Shown: positions 35,074 through 44,575 of the stretch, piece after piece
How positions within the stretch are numbered: position 1 is the first letter of the stretch
Layout of the letters: every line of letters starts with the position of its first letter
Source of the DNA: an uncultured Candidatus Saccharibacteria bacterium
Lineage (GTDB): Bacteria; Patescibacteriota; Saccharimonadia; Saccharimonadales; CALMSM01
Assembly: GCA_937872425.1 (NCBI GenBank)
Contig: CALMSM010000149.1
Location: 1 to 55,191, forward strand
Reading direction: 5' to 3'
Length of the DNA: 55,191 bases
Program-made: the position numbers and the translations under genes
Notes under the pieces: generated by a model
What the model was told of the DNA's origin: nothing
Seen by the model: the letters and a program-made list of their open reading frames with translations, nothing else
Database searches by the model: none

Positions 35074-36693
35074 CTATGCTACTAATTTCATGCCTTTTGG
35101 TATACTGTCGGAAAACCCAAATTTCCCTGCAATTTTAGATTTGTCCCCCTGTAGTGAATACATGTGAAACCACTTAAACGCTTCAGTTTTGAATGTATCA
35201 GGGTCTCTACCGTCAAGATTCGACATTGCCTTGCGTAGCTGCGCTTGCGTGGTTTCTGGATAGATAGACAGATAGCCTTTACAAAAACTCTCCCAACACC
35301 GTAAACGCATAAACGAACGCTCGAGGGAGGGGGGTATTGGTAAAAAATCAACAGAAACCCCACCGGCGTTTATAGCGTTTACTGGCGTTTCTACCACCTG
35401 TAAACGGTCGTTTTCGCCATCGTTTACAGGTGCTTCTGTGTCGTTTATCGTTTCTACTGGCGTTTTCAAACATCGCCACTGCAACGGCGGATACTCACGG
35501 CGGATATCAATCAACTCTGCTGTGTGCCAAGCATTATAAAACACATTATCTTGGCTGAACACCCCTACATGAGGCAAGCGATCAACATGATACTCGTTGA
35601 ATGCGTTGGCCACCATCCCCTTGAGCTTGTAGCATGTCACGAATTTGGCGTTGCCACGCATTTGGGCTGTCCATTTTTCAGGCGCCTGGTCAATCAGGCA
35701 CAATACAATACCAGTAGCGCGGCCTAATCGAAACAATCGGTCAACCTTTTGCGCTAAATCTGCTCTAGCGGCCTTGTCCAACGTCATCCACACAGACCCA
35801 AATTCCTCTATAATGACAAATAGAGTAGGCGGGCGCTTGCCAGTTGCCTTGTAAATTGTCGATAGGTTATTTTTCTGCAACCACCCCCAGCGCCTATCAA
35901 AGATTGTCATCAGTTGATCGAATTGATTGACGACAGTACCAACACTCATAGCGTGCCACTCGGCCACGCCATTAAACGCACGCCAGTCTATGCCCTCTTT
36001 GCCATCCAACACGATGGGGTGCAAGTTATACTTGCGCGCATAGGCTACCATAAGCATTGCCGTGCTTTCGGTTTTACCGCTACCGGTGCCACCAATGATT
36101 GCGGCGTGCGTGGTTCGGTAGTCAAACATCAACATTTGGCCGGCGAGTTTACTGGCTTCAGGTGTCGGCTGAATATCGGCAGCTTGCCCGATAATCCACG
36201 CACGCTCTGTCGATTGATTGATGGCCTGCTGTAGTGTAATGGCGGCTGGCATTTGCTCTACGGCTGGTTGTTCGGTCGTGTATCGCGCCATCTCTTTTGC
36301 TTCCCGTTCCTCGGCTGCACGTAGCAAATTTCCAACCTGCAACGATTTGTGCTCTTTCTGTTTAGCCTTATATTCTTTCTCTTCCGCATACACGCCCTCA
36401 GCGCGCTTGGCGGCTGCTACACTCAGTTTGGCAGGGTATTTTACCATTACATAAACTTTTGCAAATACATAGGCGGCAACGCACACAATAGTCAAAAAAA
36501 GCGCTGATGGCGCTGCCCACCACATGGCCGTGGCCCAAGCGGATGATTCAACAGGCGGCGCATACGCTACTACGCCCACCGGCTGCGCCGCCGTCAGATT
36601 GTCGATGGCGATGTTTAATGGCCTCAATCCGCCAGCGGCGATTGTGCCAAGCACGCCGATGCCAGCGGTTAAAATGGCGTTTTTGAATCCCAC
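35074..36693 (-). CDS. FtsK/SpoIIIE (TraB-like) DNA translocase ATPase with N-terminal TM segments
   Basis: Walker A IIGGTGSGKTES and Walker B LFVIIEEFGS, with a hydrophobic N-terminal 90 aa. Confidence 0.8.
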   Translation of the reverse strand: MGFKNAILTAGIGVLGTIAAGGLRPLNIAIDNLTAAQPVGVVAYAPPVESSAWATAMWWAAPSALFLTIVCVAAYVFAKVYVMVKYPAKLSVAAAKRAEGVYAEEKEYKAKQKEHKSLQVGNLLRAAEEREAKEMARYTTEQPAVEQMPAAITLQQAINQSTERAWIIGQAADIQPTPEASKLAGQMLMFDYRTTHAAIIGGTGSGKTESTAMLMVAYARKYNLHPIVLDGKEGIDWRAFNGVAEWHAMSVGTVVNQFDQLMTIFDRRWGWLQKNNLSTIYKATGKRPPTLFVIIEEFGSVWMTLDKAARADLAQKVDRLFRLGRATGIVLCLIDQAPEKWTAQMRGNAKFVTCYKLKGMVANAFNEYHVDRLPHVGVFSQDNVFYNAWHTAELIDIRREYPPLQWRCLKTPVETINDTEAPVNDGENDRLQVVETPVNAINAGGVSVDFLPIPPSLERSFMRLRCWESFCKGYLSIYPETTQAQLRKAMSNLDGRDPDTFKTEAFKWFHMYSLQGDKSKIAGKFGFSDSIPKGMKLVA

Positions 36694-36695
36694 AA

Positions 36696-36872
36696 TTATT
36701 GCACCCCAACATAAACCAGTAACAAACCGACCGTTGCAAACGCCAGCGTCCGCCCTAACCAGACCATCGTTAATCGCCTCGACCGCCTATCATTCGACGC
36801 AGCATAGGCTAGCGTCATGCCCGAACAAATGACACCACACATGGCACAAAGAAAAATGATAGCGAGATTCAT
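36696..36872 (-). CDS. Small two-TM membrane protein (internal start of listed ORF)
   Basis: MNLAIIFLCAMCGVICSG... preceded by a GAGGA RBS. Confidence 0.4.
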   Translation of the reverse strand: MNLAIIFLCAMCGVICSGMTLAYAASNDRRSRRLTMVWLGRTLAFATVGLLLVYVGVQ

Positions 36873-36933
36873 GGCTAGTCCTCGATTGCGAACGTACACA
36901 ACAGCATGGCGAATAGGAGCATGTAGATCATAG

Positions 36934-37713
36934 CTACTCGTTGATCCGATAATCTGTTCCGCCATTGGCAAGTACGCCAGACGCAACTAATTGCGGCAAG
37001 CGACCGATATAGGAGCCATCCTTTTGCTTGCGCTTAAGTGTGGTTTGTGCGATGCCGGTAAACTTGCTGATAGCATAGGGTGTCGCATTGCCTGCACCGA
37101 TAGCAGCGATGATTGCTTGCGTAGTATCATCATGCGCAACCTCAACTACTTTCGCCGGTTGTGGTTCAATTACTTGCATTGACTCAGCAAGCATCGCACT
37201 CACTTGCTTGCGTGGCTGCTTGCGTACTTGCGTGCGCATACTGCGTGCATTGTGCCAACGTAGCAGGCCAATGCCTACCGACGTGCAAGCGCTCAATACT
37301 GGCAATGTTGCAAGCACCGTTGCGCCACCCGCCATTTCTTCGATCTTGTACACAATCACCATAACCACAATCACGCATACAAGCGAGACGGAACACATTG
37401 CAATCAGTGGATACTTGTACTGTTCATCCTCCTGGTAGCCGTCCCATTGTTTGAGCGTGATCTCGAACATGATAAAAAATATGCACTCAACAGCAAGCGA
37501 CAATGCAAGTGCCGCGCCATTGCTCCAATGCAATGATGTAAGCGCGGCATTGTAGACACCTAGCGCATTAGGCACAGGCACAATCAGCGGAATACTACGT
37601 GACACAATCTCTAGCGCTGTGTTTCCCATGTGCTCCGCCACCCGTTGCAATATCACCATGATTGCGCCGAAGTGCTTGTCAATCCATAGTACATAATTTG
37701 GTTGTTCGTTCAT
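36934..37713 (-). CDS. Polytopic membrane protein with C-terminal HTH-like tail
   Basis: About five hydrophobic segments; the C-terminal ATPYAISKFTGIAQTTLKRK segment is HTH-like. Confidence 0.5.
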   Translation of the reverse strand: MNEQPNYVLWIDKHFGAIMVILQRVAEHMGNTALEIVSRSIPLIVPVPNALGVYNAALTSLHWSNGAALALSLAVECIFFIMFEITLKQWDGYQEDEQYKYPLIAMCSVSLVCVIVVMVIVYKIEEMAGGATVLATLPVLSACTSVGIGLLRWHNARSMRTQVRKQPRKQVSAMLAESMQVIEPQPAKVVEVAHDDTTQAIIAAIGAGNATPYAISKFTGIAQTTLKRKQKDGSYIGRLPQLVASGVLANGGTDYRINE

Positions 37714-37820
37714 TCTCTCCCCCTACGCAGCCGCTTTCGTTGCGCCTCGATTAACGCCATCAGCACGGCCACTTCTGCGACGGCAACCGCAATCAAACTG
37801 GCTATAATAATGTCACTCAT
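37710..37820 (-). CDS. 36-aa single-TM micro-ORF, not in ORF track
   Basis: MSDIIIASLIAVAVAEVAVLMALIEAQRKRLRRGRE, with ATGA overlaps at both ends. Confidence 0.35.
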   Translation of the reverse strand: MSDIIIASLIAVAVAEVAVLMALIEAQRKRLRRGRE

Positions 37821-38029
37821 TGCAATCCTCGATTGTGGCGATGTTTTTCAGGTTGACAGTTTTTACATACCCACATCTGGGGCTTACCACGCTTTGACCA
37901 CCCGCCGTTGTGAAAAATCTTAGTAGCAGCCGTTAGTGACCGACGAACAACCTGCTCTGATTTTCCGCAAACATTACAGGTGATTGTGCGTAGATTTGTT
38001 CCACGCTCTGAAGTAATTTTTCCCCTCAT
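37817..38029 (-). CDS. 70-aa zinc-ribbon protein (internal start of listed 179-aa ORF)
   Basis: CNVCGK...CKNC motif. Its ATG overlaps the stop of the 38026-38256 ORF. Confidence 0.45.
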   Translation of the reverse strand: MRGKITSERGTNLRTITCNVCGKSEQVVRRSLTAATKIFHNGGWSKRGKPQMWVCKNCQPEKHRHNRGLQ

Positions 38030-38256
38030 GCCGCACACCCCACGGCTACTGGCCAGCGGCGGCCATGATATGATTGCGTTGCGTTGGTGTAGGTTCGGCG
38101 CGAGCGCGCCACCTTGAGCACCGGTTGTGGCTGCGGAAACAGGACTAGATAAAGCAACGCACCGGCCACGGCTGCGGCAATGCACAGCCACGCCAGCGGG
38201 GGAACGAATGAAGCCAGGTAGCCAGAAAATAGGAATAAAACTGTGGTGATGTTCAT
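38026..38256 (-). CDS. 76-aa two-TM membrane protein
   Basis: MNITTVLFLFSGYLASFVPPLAWLCIAAAVAGALLYLVLF, with AGGAGA 7 nt upstream. Confidence 0.45.
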   Translation of the reverse strand: MNITTVLFLFSGYLASFVPPLAWLCIAAAVAGALLYLVLFPQPQPVLKVARSRRTYTNATQSYHGRRWPVAVGCAA

Positions 38257-38373
38257 GTTGTTGTCTCCTGTGTTTGGATCGGAGGACAACGGAGGTTATA
38301 CTACAGCCGCCATTGCCCAGGTATGTTGGGTTTTGGTACTGCCTGTCACCGGCCACAACCGATAACAGGCTCT

Positions 38374-38676
38374 TTATTTATCTTCTAAGCTCTCGCAACC
38401 ATCAAGTTTTACCTTGATATAATTAACACTACCGATCAAGTCCTTTACCAAATTGAGTAGTTCCGCAATCAACTTAGCACTACTGCCCACCTTCGTTTTC
38501 ATGCCGCCGCCATCTTCGCGCGCTATCTGATATTCGCGCAAAGCCTTGCGGATCAAGCTGCTGGCGTCCGGCATTTCCGGGTGCGCATCATGGATGGATT
38601 TCAATACACCGACATCGTATGATGTCGGCCTGAATCCGATGGTTTTACCAGCTTCCAAATCGATAAAATTGTTCAT
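38374..38676 (-). CDS. Hypothetical protein (100 aa; internal start)
   Basis: GAGGAG RBS ahead of MNNFIDLEAGK. Confidence 0.45.
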   Translation of the reverse strand: MNNFIDLEAGKTIGFRPTSYDVGVLKSIHDAHPEMPDASSLIRKALREYQIAREDGGGMKTKVGSSAKLIAELLNLVKDLIGSVNYIKVKLDGCESLEDK

Positions 38677-38874
38677 CGCTCCTCTTAATCTGCTATCATC
38701 GGTTAATTTTGCCGCTTTATGATAGCAGATTACTGTCCGCTTGTCAATCACCCGCTGCCAGAATACGCACAACCACACTGCCAGATTCCCAACAATCTTA
38801 CTGCCAGAAATCTGGCAGCGTTTTGGGGATAGTCATCGTGTTGTCGCAATAAAAAAGCCGGGACAATCCCGGCT

Positions 38875-39300
38875 CTACCCACACCCACAGCAAACGTCAT
38901 TCGCCACTGTTGACCGAAACACGGCGCCGCACTCGCCACAAATACAATCCCACTCATGCCCATATTCGTACCATGCTAGCCCGTCTAGTCGCTCCGTGTT
39001 GGTCAGTGCTAGAGCGTGCTCGATGCCTAGTCCTCGGTTGCCATCCTCGAAAAACGCTTTGAGCATCTCGGCATAATGACGGCTAATTTCGGGGTCGCAG
39101 CCTACCGGGATAACGGGTATGTGACTCTGCGGCCAGCCAGCGGCTTGGAGCACCGGCTTACCGCTGCGCGTGCGGCTACCTGGTAATTTGACCTCAACAA
39201 ACCAGTACATTTGGCCTAGCGTGTTGCGCCTGCGTGCGGTGTCTAGGATCTTGGCTATCTCAGTTTTGGTAGTGAGATAGGTGCGGTCAAAAATTGTCAT
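38875..39300 (-). CDS. Hypothetical protein with C-terminal Cys cluster
   Basis: The WDCICGECG...CCGCG motif. Confidence 0.45.
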   Translation of the reverse strand: MTIFDRTYLTTKTEIAKILDTARRRNTLGQMYWFVEVKLPGSRTRSGKPVLQAAGWPQSHIPVIPVGCDPEISRHYAEMLKAFFEDGNRGLGIEHALALTNTERLDGLAWYEYGHEWDCICGECGAVFRSTVANDVCCGCG

Positions 39301-39773
39301 CTGCTAACAACCGGCACCCACATCCGGCACGAAGCATCTGCCTGTTGTAGCACCTGCGCTTGCACTTCGCCTATCTCCACAGATTGCACCAGGCACCCAG
39401 CGTACAACGTCCATGTACCTGTAGCAATGCCACTGACGTGAATCATACCCGCCTCATCGGAAAAACCGTGTAGCAGCGCACGACCTGGCACGCTGACTGC
39501 ATCGCCGTCTAGCGTGTATTCCACCTGTGCGGCTGGCTTGCCGCTAACCAAAATTTGCATCGATAAATCAGCGGCGTGAAGACTGCCGTAGAGCAGCGCA
39601 GCAAACAGTATCGACAATAAAAACGCCGTCAGCGCAACAGCCAGTAGTCTCCCTGGCTGGTGGCGCCGCTGTGGATTAATGATGCTGCGCAGATGGTACG
39701 CTCGTGCAGCGTAGCAGGTAGAGCACAGGCCATCGCTGTCTGTTGATGCACCGCATTTTTGACACGTGTTCAT
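39297..39773 (-). CDS. Zinc-ribbon plus single-TM protein
   Basis: CQKCG...CSTC followed by LLAVALTAFLLSILFAALLY. Confidence 0.45.
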   Translation of the reverse strand: MNTCQKCGASTDSDGLCSTCYAARAYHLRSIINPQRRHQPGRLLAVALTAFLLSILFAALLYGSLHAADLSMQILVSGKPAAQVEYTLDGDAVSVPGRALLHGFSDEAGMIHVSGIATGTWTLYAGCLVQSVEIGEVQAQVLQQADASCRMWVPVVSR

Positions 39774-39982
39774 TTCACCTCCGCAAATTCCTCTTTGACC
39801 CTGGCAAGATTATCGCCATAGGCCAACAAATAGATTGACTTCCCGCCTCGCAGCTTGACAACCGCTCTATCAACGTCATGCTCTATCAGGTTTTTAATCA
39901 CCCGATGCTGCCCTATGACGTTCAAATGTCCCCCGTCTAGGCGTAGAAAAAAAGCGTTTTTGGTGTCACCTGCTATTGCCAT
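39770..39982 (-). CDS. Hypothetical protein (70 aa)
   Basis: Coupled ORF in the leftward operon. Confidence 0.4.
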   Translation of the reverse strand: MAIAGDTKNAFFLRLDGGHLNVIGQHRVIKNLIEHDVDRAVVKLRGGKSIYLLAYGDNLARVKEEFAEVK

Positions 39983-40503
39983 ATCTTCAACTCCTCCGGA
40001 TAGTCACTCATTGCTCGACTGGCGTGTTTCCAGGCTAGCCGGTGCCAACATTTGCGTAGCTCGGCTTCAACGTTCATGCCGGGATAACGAGAGATGACAA
40101 CCATCGTATCTGCCGTCCATAAAAACCAACAACCAGAATCCACAACAAAGAGAATCGCGGCCTGATTTGCCATGTCACAGATGGCGTCCATCGCAACATC
40201 GTCATCATCGCTCAATTGTCTAATCCACTTGTCGGGATCAGGTAACGCCGTCAGCGCCAGCATGAGCGCGTCGGCTAGCTCCTCATGCACAGTATTCTCT
40301 CTGCCATTGTTTCGCGGATGTTTTGACAACCTATTGCGCAGTTCAACGTCAGCCGCCTCATTGCACTCAATTCTAAGATACCGGAGTGTGTCAATAGTTT
40401 CTGGCGTTGCAAACTCGCTATTCTCTTCCATCCATTGCCGCCATTGTCGATTCAGCCGCCATAGGTGCGGCCAGTCAATTGCGTACATTTGCTCCATCTT
40501 CAT
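39973..40503 (-). CDS. MazG-like nucleotide pyrophosphohydrolase (tentative)
   Basis: ECNEAADVE...HEELADALMLAL resembles the EExxE...ELADxL helices of MazG/dCTPase-type proteins. Confidence 0.4.
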   Translation of the reverse strand: MKMEQMYAIDWPHLWRLNRQWRQWMEENSEFATPETIDTLRYLRIECNEAADVELRNRLSKHPRNNGRENTVHEELADALMLALTALPDPDKWIRQLSDDDDVAMDAICDMANQAAILFVVDSGCWFLWTADTMVVISRYPGMNVEAELRKCWHRLAWKHASRAMSDYPEELKIWQ

Positions 40504-40678
40504 CCTCCCTTACTGTGTTGCCGGTAACAATAAATGCGTGGTCGTCATCTTCGACCTCATCATAATGAATAAACAATATCTTCAAACTACCATCCTCGAC
40601 CCAGGCATCAAATAGAAACTCGCCATCGCCTGAGCGCTGTTTGTCGATTCGTCGCCTGATATATTCCTCTAGCGTCAC
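40475..40678 (-). CDS. Hypothetical protein (67 aa)
   Basis: Acidic small ORF. Confidence 0.35.
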   Translation of the reverse strand: MTLEEYIRRRIDKQRSGDGEFLFDAWVEDGSLKILFIHYDEVEDDDHAFIVTGNTVREDEDGANVRN

Positions 40679-40739
40679 TGTGTTGCTCCTTTTTCGTCAT
40701 CGTTATGGGATTGCCTACTAAAAAAAGAGTTCTCGCGCA

Positions 40740-40973
40740 CTATCTCACCGCCTCAATCGCCTTTATCAATCCTTCCATTGCCGCCAACACTATGTCTATC
40801 TTCCTTGTCACACAATCCCCATACGCTGCACTATCCCGCAACATTGCTAGCGTATGGCGTTGCGTCTGGACATTAGCAGCTAGCAATTGCATAGGCGGCA
40901 AACGCTGGCAACCAGGGTGTTTTTGAGGTGACAAATCTTGGATGTAACGCTTGCCGTCTTTGCGAATTCTCAT
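40740..40973 (-). CDS. Hypothetical protein (77 aa)
   Basis: ORF in operon context. Confidence 0.35.
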   Translation of the reverse strand: MRIRKDGKRYIQDLSPQKHPGCQRLPPMQLLAANVQTQRHTLAMLRDSAAYGDCVTRKIDIVLAAMEGLIKAIEAVR

Positions 40974-40996
40974 GCTAACACCAATCGAACATAATA

Positions 40997-43555
40997 CTAA
41001 GCCGCAACTTTTTGCAGATCCATTAGGTCAAACAGTGTAGGCGTTGTGCGTTCGGCTTCAGCCTCGCGCAGATATTTGCAGCTATTCTCCCAATAAAGCG
41101 AGTTAAGTTCAGTCCCTAGAGCAGAACGCCCCAACTTTAACGCCATATAACCGACCGTGCCAAGACCATGAAACGGGTCAAAAATCAACTCATCAGGGTT
41201 GCTATAACGCACAATCAAGCGCTCTACAATATCTAGCGGCAACGGGCATACGTGTTTCTCTACGCGTCGCCGGGCCTGATTCATGTTGAGCGTGCGCATA
41301 AACAGTACATCTGTCCAGACCGTTTCTTCATACGCATCTGGCGCTTGTGGTGGCATCAGCATGAATTTCGCCGGGAGCCGGTCCCCCATCGTCTCATTGA
41401 AGGCGACGTGCTGGTGATAGTCGTAGGGTTGACCTTTGCTCCAATCACGATACCAGTTGTATACCTGGCTACCGTCCATGTTGGCTAGCAGCGACGGATC
41501 ATCTGCCGGAGTAGGCGCTAGCGCTTTGCCATTGCTACGCCAGAGGCTGTGGGCGTCAATCTGCCATTGTCCGCGGCTGTAATCCTTTTTGTCTTTGCGC
41601 ACCGGTTCATCAGCATAACTGCGACTTTTGTCAGTCTGTGGTTTTCTAAAGAGCAACACCTTTTCACTCAGACCGACGCCCATTTTTGAGCCATCCTTGC
41701 AGCACTCAGACCAGCCCAGCCGGTTCGTGCTGTTATTCTCTCGCACTACGTCAGTGGGGATAAAAATTTCTCCATAACTGACAAAGCCGTGCTTCTTGAA
41801 CGCTCGCGCGCAATCATGCGTGAAGTAATCCACTTCCATCATGCCGTGTGGCGTCTGGTGGCCGTAGAGCAGACGGTCTTTGACGTGGATACAGGCCATG
41901 CGTCCTGGTTTCAACACACGTAGCAACTCAGGAATTAGGAAATCCATCTGCGTCCAAAAATCGTTATCGGCCTGGTTGTGGCCGAAGTCGTTGAGACTGG
42001 CGACGTATTCGTAATGGTTGCCGAACGGAATTGATGTAACAATTTCATCAACGCTATTGTCCGGCATGGCCATCGTTTCAATGACGCAATCGTTATTAAT
42101 GGCAGTCCAGTATTGCCCACGCTGCTCTTGGCGCGTGACGCCTAGCGTACGCTGCATCCCTGCGCTCAAAGCCTCGTTGGTCAGGCCAAACTCCTTGATA
42201 ATGGCTTTCATGCGAGCAACCATTTCGTTGTGCTGTTGCCATTTCTTAAGCAACACTTCAACAACGTGATCTTCGGCGTCCGTGTGGACAATATGAATAT
42301 TCACGGCCCTTGTTTGACCGTAACGTAAAAGCCGATGCACGGATTGAATAAAATCACGGAATTTATACCCAACTCCCAGGTAAATCGCGTTGTGGCAATA
42401 ACCCTGAAAATTGCAACCAGAACCACTCAGTTGAGGTTTTGTCGCTAAAATAGGCAGTTTTCCATGCTGAAAATCCAAGATAATCTGTTCGCGCTCATCA
42501 ATGTCTTGACTACCGTAAACTTCCTTCGCGAGAGGAATAGCCTTTTTGATGGCTTTGCGCTCATCTTCTAAATCGTGCCAAATCACCCAATGCTCCGTCT
42601 TGTCAGCCTCAACAATTTCAGCAGCCTTTCCTACTCGCATGGACATACTGTCCCGTTTTTCACGGATGGCTTGCGTTGTGCTCATAGAGGTGTCTTTGAG
42701 CAAAAAGGCTTGACCGTCTCTATTTGCAATATTCCATGCCTTTTCGTGATCAGCTGTAATGCGATGCCAGTGGATTTTTAGCTCCGGCATAATGTATCCG
42801 TCGTCGCTATAGCCCAAGTCACTGGGCTTATCCAAAAATAATGCCCAGCTTGCCACGGATAGCCAAAATTCATTTTCCATGTGCGGCAACAACTCTAAAT
42901 CGCCAGCCTCATCAGGGTTGCGACCAAACCACCGCGTCAAAGCTTGCCCGTCGTCCATTGCGCCAAGGAAATCAGCAAAATAAATCAGTTGGCGGTAATC
43001 GTTCGGAGCGGGCGTAGCCGTGGCAACCCAACGGTAGGGTATACCAGTCAGGATATAATTAAATTGTACCTGCGTCTCAGTTCCCAAATTCCCCAAAATT
43101 GCGCCTTCATCAAGGCAAACGCCACCTATCTCACTGAGCAGGAATTCAATGCTTAAATTTCCATCGCGAACGCGTTCATAGTTCGTGATAAGATATGGAG
43201 TGCCCGCCGATAATGCTTCGTTATCGTTTCGCACATAACGAAAATCGCACCCCATCGCCGGGCCATCTTCGTAAATGAATTGCTGCCGTACACCGAGCGG
43301 ACAAATAACCAACACGCTCTTGCCTGTAATTCTATGCACCTGACGCAATAACTCAATCTGCATTCTGGTCTTGCCCATACCGAAGCTGGCCGCAATCAGC
43401 GCTTTGCCGCGCTGCAACGCCCACATTACGGCATCGCGCTGATGCGGAAATAGCGACGGGTGCAAATCTTCAGGCTTGACCGTCAGTCCACCGCTAGTCG
43501 TTAGCGTGTTTTTGTTGCGTAAAAAATCAATGTACTGCTGCTGTTTGTTCATCAT
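40997..43555 (-). CDS. SNF2/DEAD-like helicase fused to an amino-type (N6-A/N4-C) DNA methyltransferase
   Basis: The N-terminal part has FGMGKT (motif I) and LDEGA (motif II). The C-terminal part has a TSIPFG catalytic-type motif and the SAM motif DPFHGLGTVG. Confidence 0.8.
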   Translation of the reverse strand: MMNKQQQYIDFLRNKNTLTTSGGLTVKPEDLHPSLFPHQRDAVMWALQRGKALIAASFGMGKTRMQIELLRQVHRITGKSVLVICPLGVRQQFIYEDGPAMGCDFRYVRNDNEALSAGTPYLITNYERVRDGNLSIEFLLSEIGGVCLDEGAILGNLGTETQVQFNYILTGIPYRWVATATPAPNDYRQLIYFADFLGAMDDGQALTRWFGRNPDEAGDLELLPHMENEFWLSVASWALFLDKPSDLGYSDDGYIMPELKIHWHRITADHEKAWNIANRDGQAFLLKDTSMSTTQAIREKRDSMSMRVGKAAEIVEADKTEHWVIWHDLEDERKAIKKAIPLAKEVYGSQDIDEREQIILDFQHGKLPILATKPQLSGSGCNFQGYCHNAIYLGVGYKFRDFIQSVHRLLRYGQTRAVNIHIVHTDAEDHVVEVLLKKWQQHNEMVARMKAIIKEFGLTNEALSAGMQRTLGVTRQEQRGQYWTAINNDCVIETMAMPDNSVDEIVTSIPFGNHYEYVASLNDFGHNQADNDFWTQMDFLIPELLRVLKPGRMACIHVKDRLLYGHQTPHGMMEVDYFTHDCARAFKKHGFVSYGEIFIPTDVVRENNSTNRLGWSECCKDGSKMGVGLSEKVLLFRKPQTDKSRSYADEPVRKDKKDYSRGQWQIDAHSLWRSNGKALAPTPADDPSLLANMDGSQVYNWYRDWSKGQPYDYHQHVAFNETMGDRLPAKFMLMPPQAPDAYEETVWTDVLFMRTLNMNQARRRVEKHVCPLPLDIVERLIVRYSNPDELIFDPFHGLGTVGYMALKLGRSALGTELNSLYWENSCKYLREAEAERTTPTLFDLMDLQKVAA

Positions 43556-43657
43556 AATTTTCCTTCCCCCATCAACCCGGCTACCGTCGTGATAGCCCGG
43601 GCCGTGGGGATGAATGGGGTATTGTAACCGGCGAGTGAAGGCCGGTTGGGGACTAAT

Positions 43658-44038
43658 TTAACACTTCAACGTTTCGGCAACCCGTTTTTGAAGTGCTGGC
43701 ACTATCGACAGATTAATGCCACTAAACTTTTCTTTTGCCATCTCTGCAATTTTGGGCATCAACTGCACAATTTCACATTTTCCGAGGTTCCCAATCTGGA
43801 TGCCATTGACCGCCATGTCAATCACGATATTCATGCGACGCGCGGCGGCGGCGACTGTCGGTTCCGGCCTACCAGCAGCTAACCCGCTGGCGATGTGAGT
43901 GACGCTAAATTCATCGTCGATTAACACGCCGTGACTCGTTACAGCATTGTGAATGGCAAAACCATCTTTTGCCATGATTGGTTCTACGTCGAGAAAAAAA
44001 ACACCATTAACTTCCTCGATTAATGCTATTGTAATCAT
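43658..44038 (-). CDS. Hypothetical protein (126 aa; internal start)
   Basis: AGGAGG RBS ahead of MITIALIEEV. The longer listed ORF lacks support. Confidence 0.45.
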   Translation of the reverse strand: MITIALIEEVNGVFFLDVEPIMAKDGFAIHNAVTSHGVLIDDEFSVTHIASGLAAGRPEPTVAAAARRMNIVIDMAVNGIQIGNLGKCEIVQLMPKIAEMAKEKFSGINLSIVPALQKRVAETLKC

Positions 44039-44111
44039 CGTTCCTCCTAAAAATTTGATGCCACCCGCCCAGGCTGCCAGCCGGTTTCGATGTTGGCGAC
44101 GGGTGGCGAAA

Positions 44112-44315
44112 TTAATCGTCTTGGCTTTCATCCTGCGCATCACCGGCGCAATCCACACAAACAAAACTACCGTCAATAATCCGCATATCATTGCGGCCAT
44201 AATGCTGACCACACACAGGACATTTGTGCAATGTCTCCTGTCGTGGCTTGGCATAGTTCAGGGTGAAGCCGTGTTGGGTAAATTTACCAGTGAGTAGGAT
44301 TTGTTTGGTTGTCAT
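44112..44315 (-). CDS. Zinc-ribbon protein (67 aa)
   Basis: CPVCG...CVDC motif with an acidic tail. Confidence 0.45.
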   Translation of the reverse strand: MTTKQILLTGKFTQHGFTLNYAKPRQETLHKCPVCGQHYGRNDMRIIDGSFVCVDCAGDAQDESQDD

Positions 44316-44575
44316 GATTGTGCATCCTCTATCAAATGTATTAGATAATCCAGCGCAACAAAATCAAAAAAAAGTATTTTATCCTTTGCGCCCAAATCAA
44401 TCATTGTCCATTCATCTTTGTCGTTTGGATCTGACCACTCATTAATCTTGCGCCAGATCGCTTGCGCTTGCGGACTATTCCTGATATAGAAATCATTGCA
44501 GACATTGTTGGCGGCATTCTCGCTGACCCACTTTAGAATCGGGATGAGCGGTTTTAGTTCAGCCAGTGTGGTCAT
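44312..44575 (-). CDS. Hypothetical protein (87 aa; internal start)
   Basis: ATGA overlap with the upstream gene at 44572-44575. Confidence 0.4.
   Translation of the reverse strand: MTTLAELKPLIPILKWVSENAANNVCNDFYIRNSPQAQAIWRKINEWSDPNDKDEWTMIDLGAKDKILFFDFVALDYLIHLIEDAQS

Noticed and set aside
37817-38356. Single 179-aa ORF as listed
   Set aside because: Its upstream half is Arg/His/Gly-rich low complexity in a GTG-started frame. An alternative frame (38026-38256) has a strong AGGAGA RBS and clean TM helices, and an internal ATG (38029) overlaps that ORF's stop. Two coupled small genes explain the region better.
38875-39300. VRR-NUC / PD-(D/E)xK nuclease assignment based on the FVEVK motif
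   Set aside because: The upstream G-x-PD element expected for the family is absent. A single short motif is not enough.
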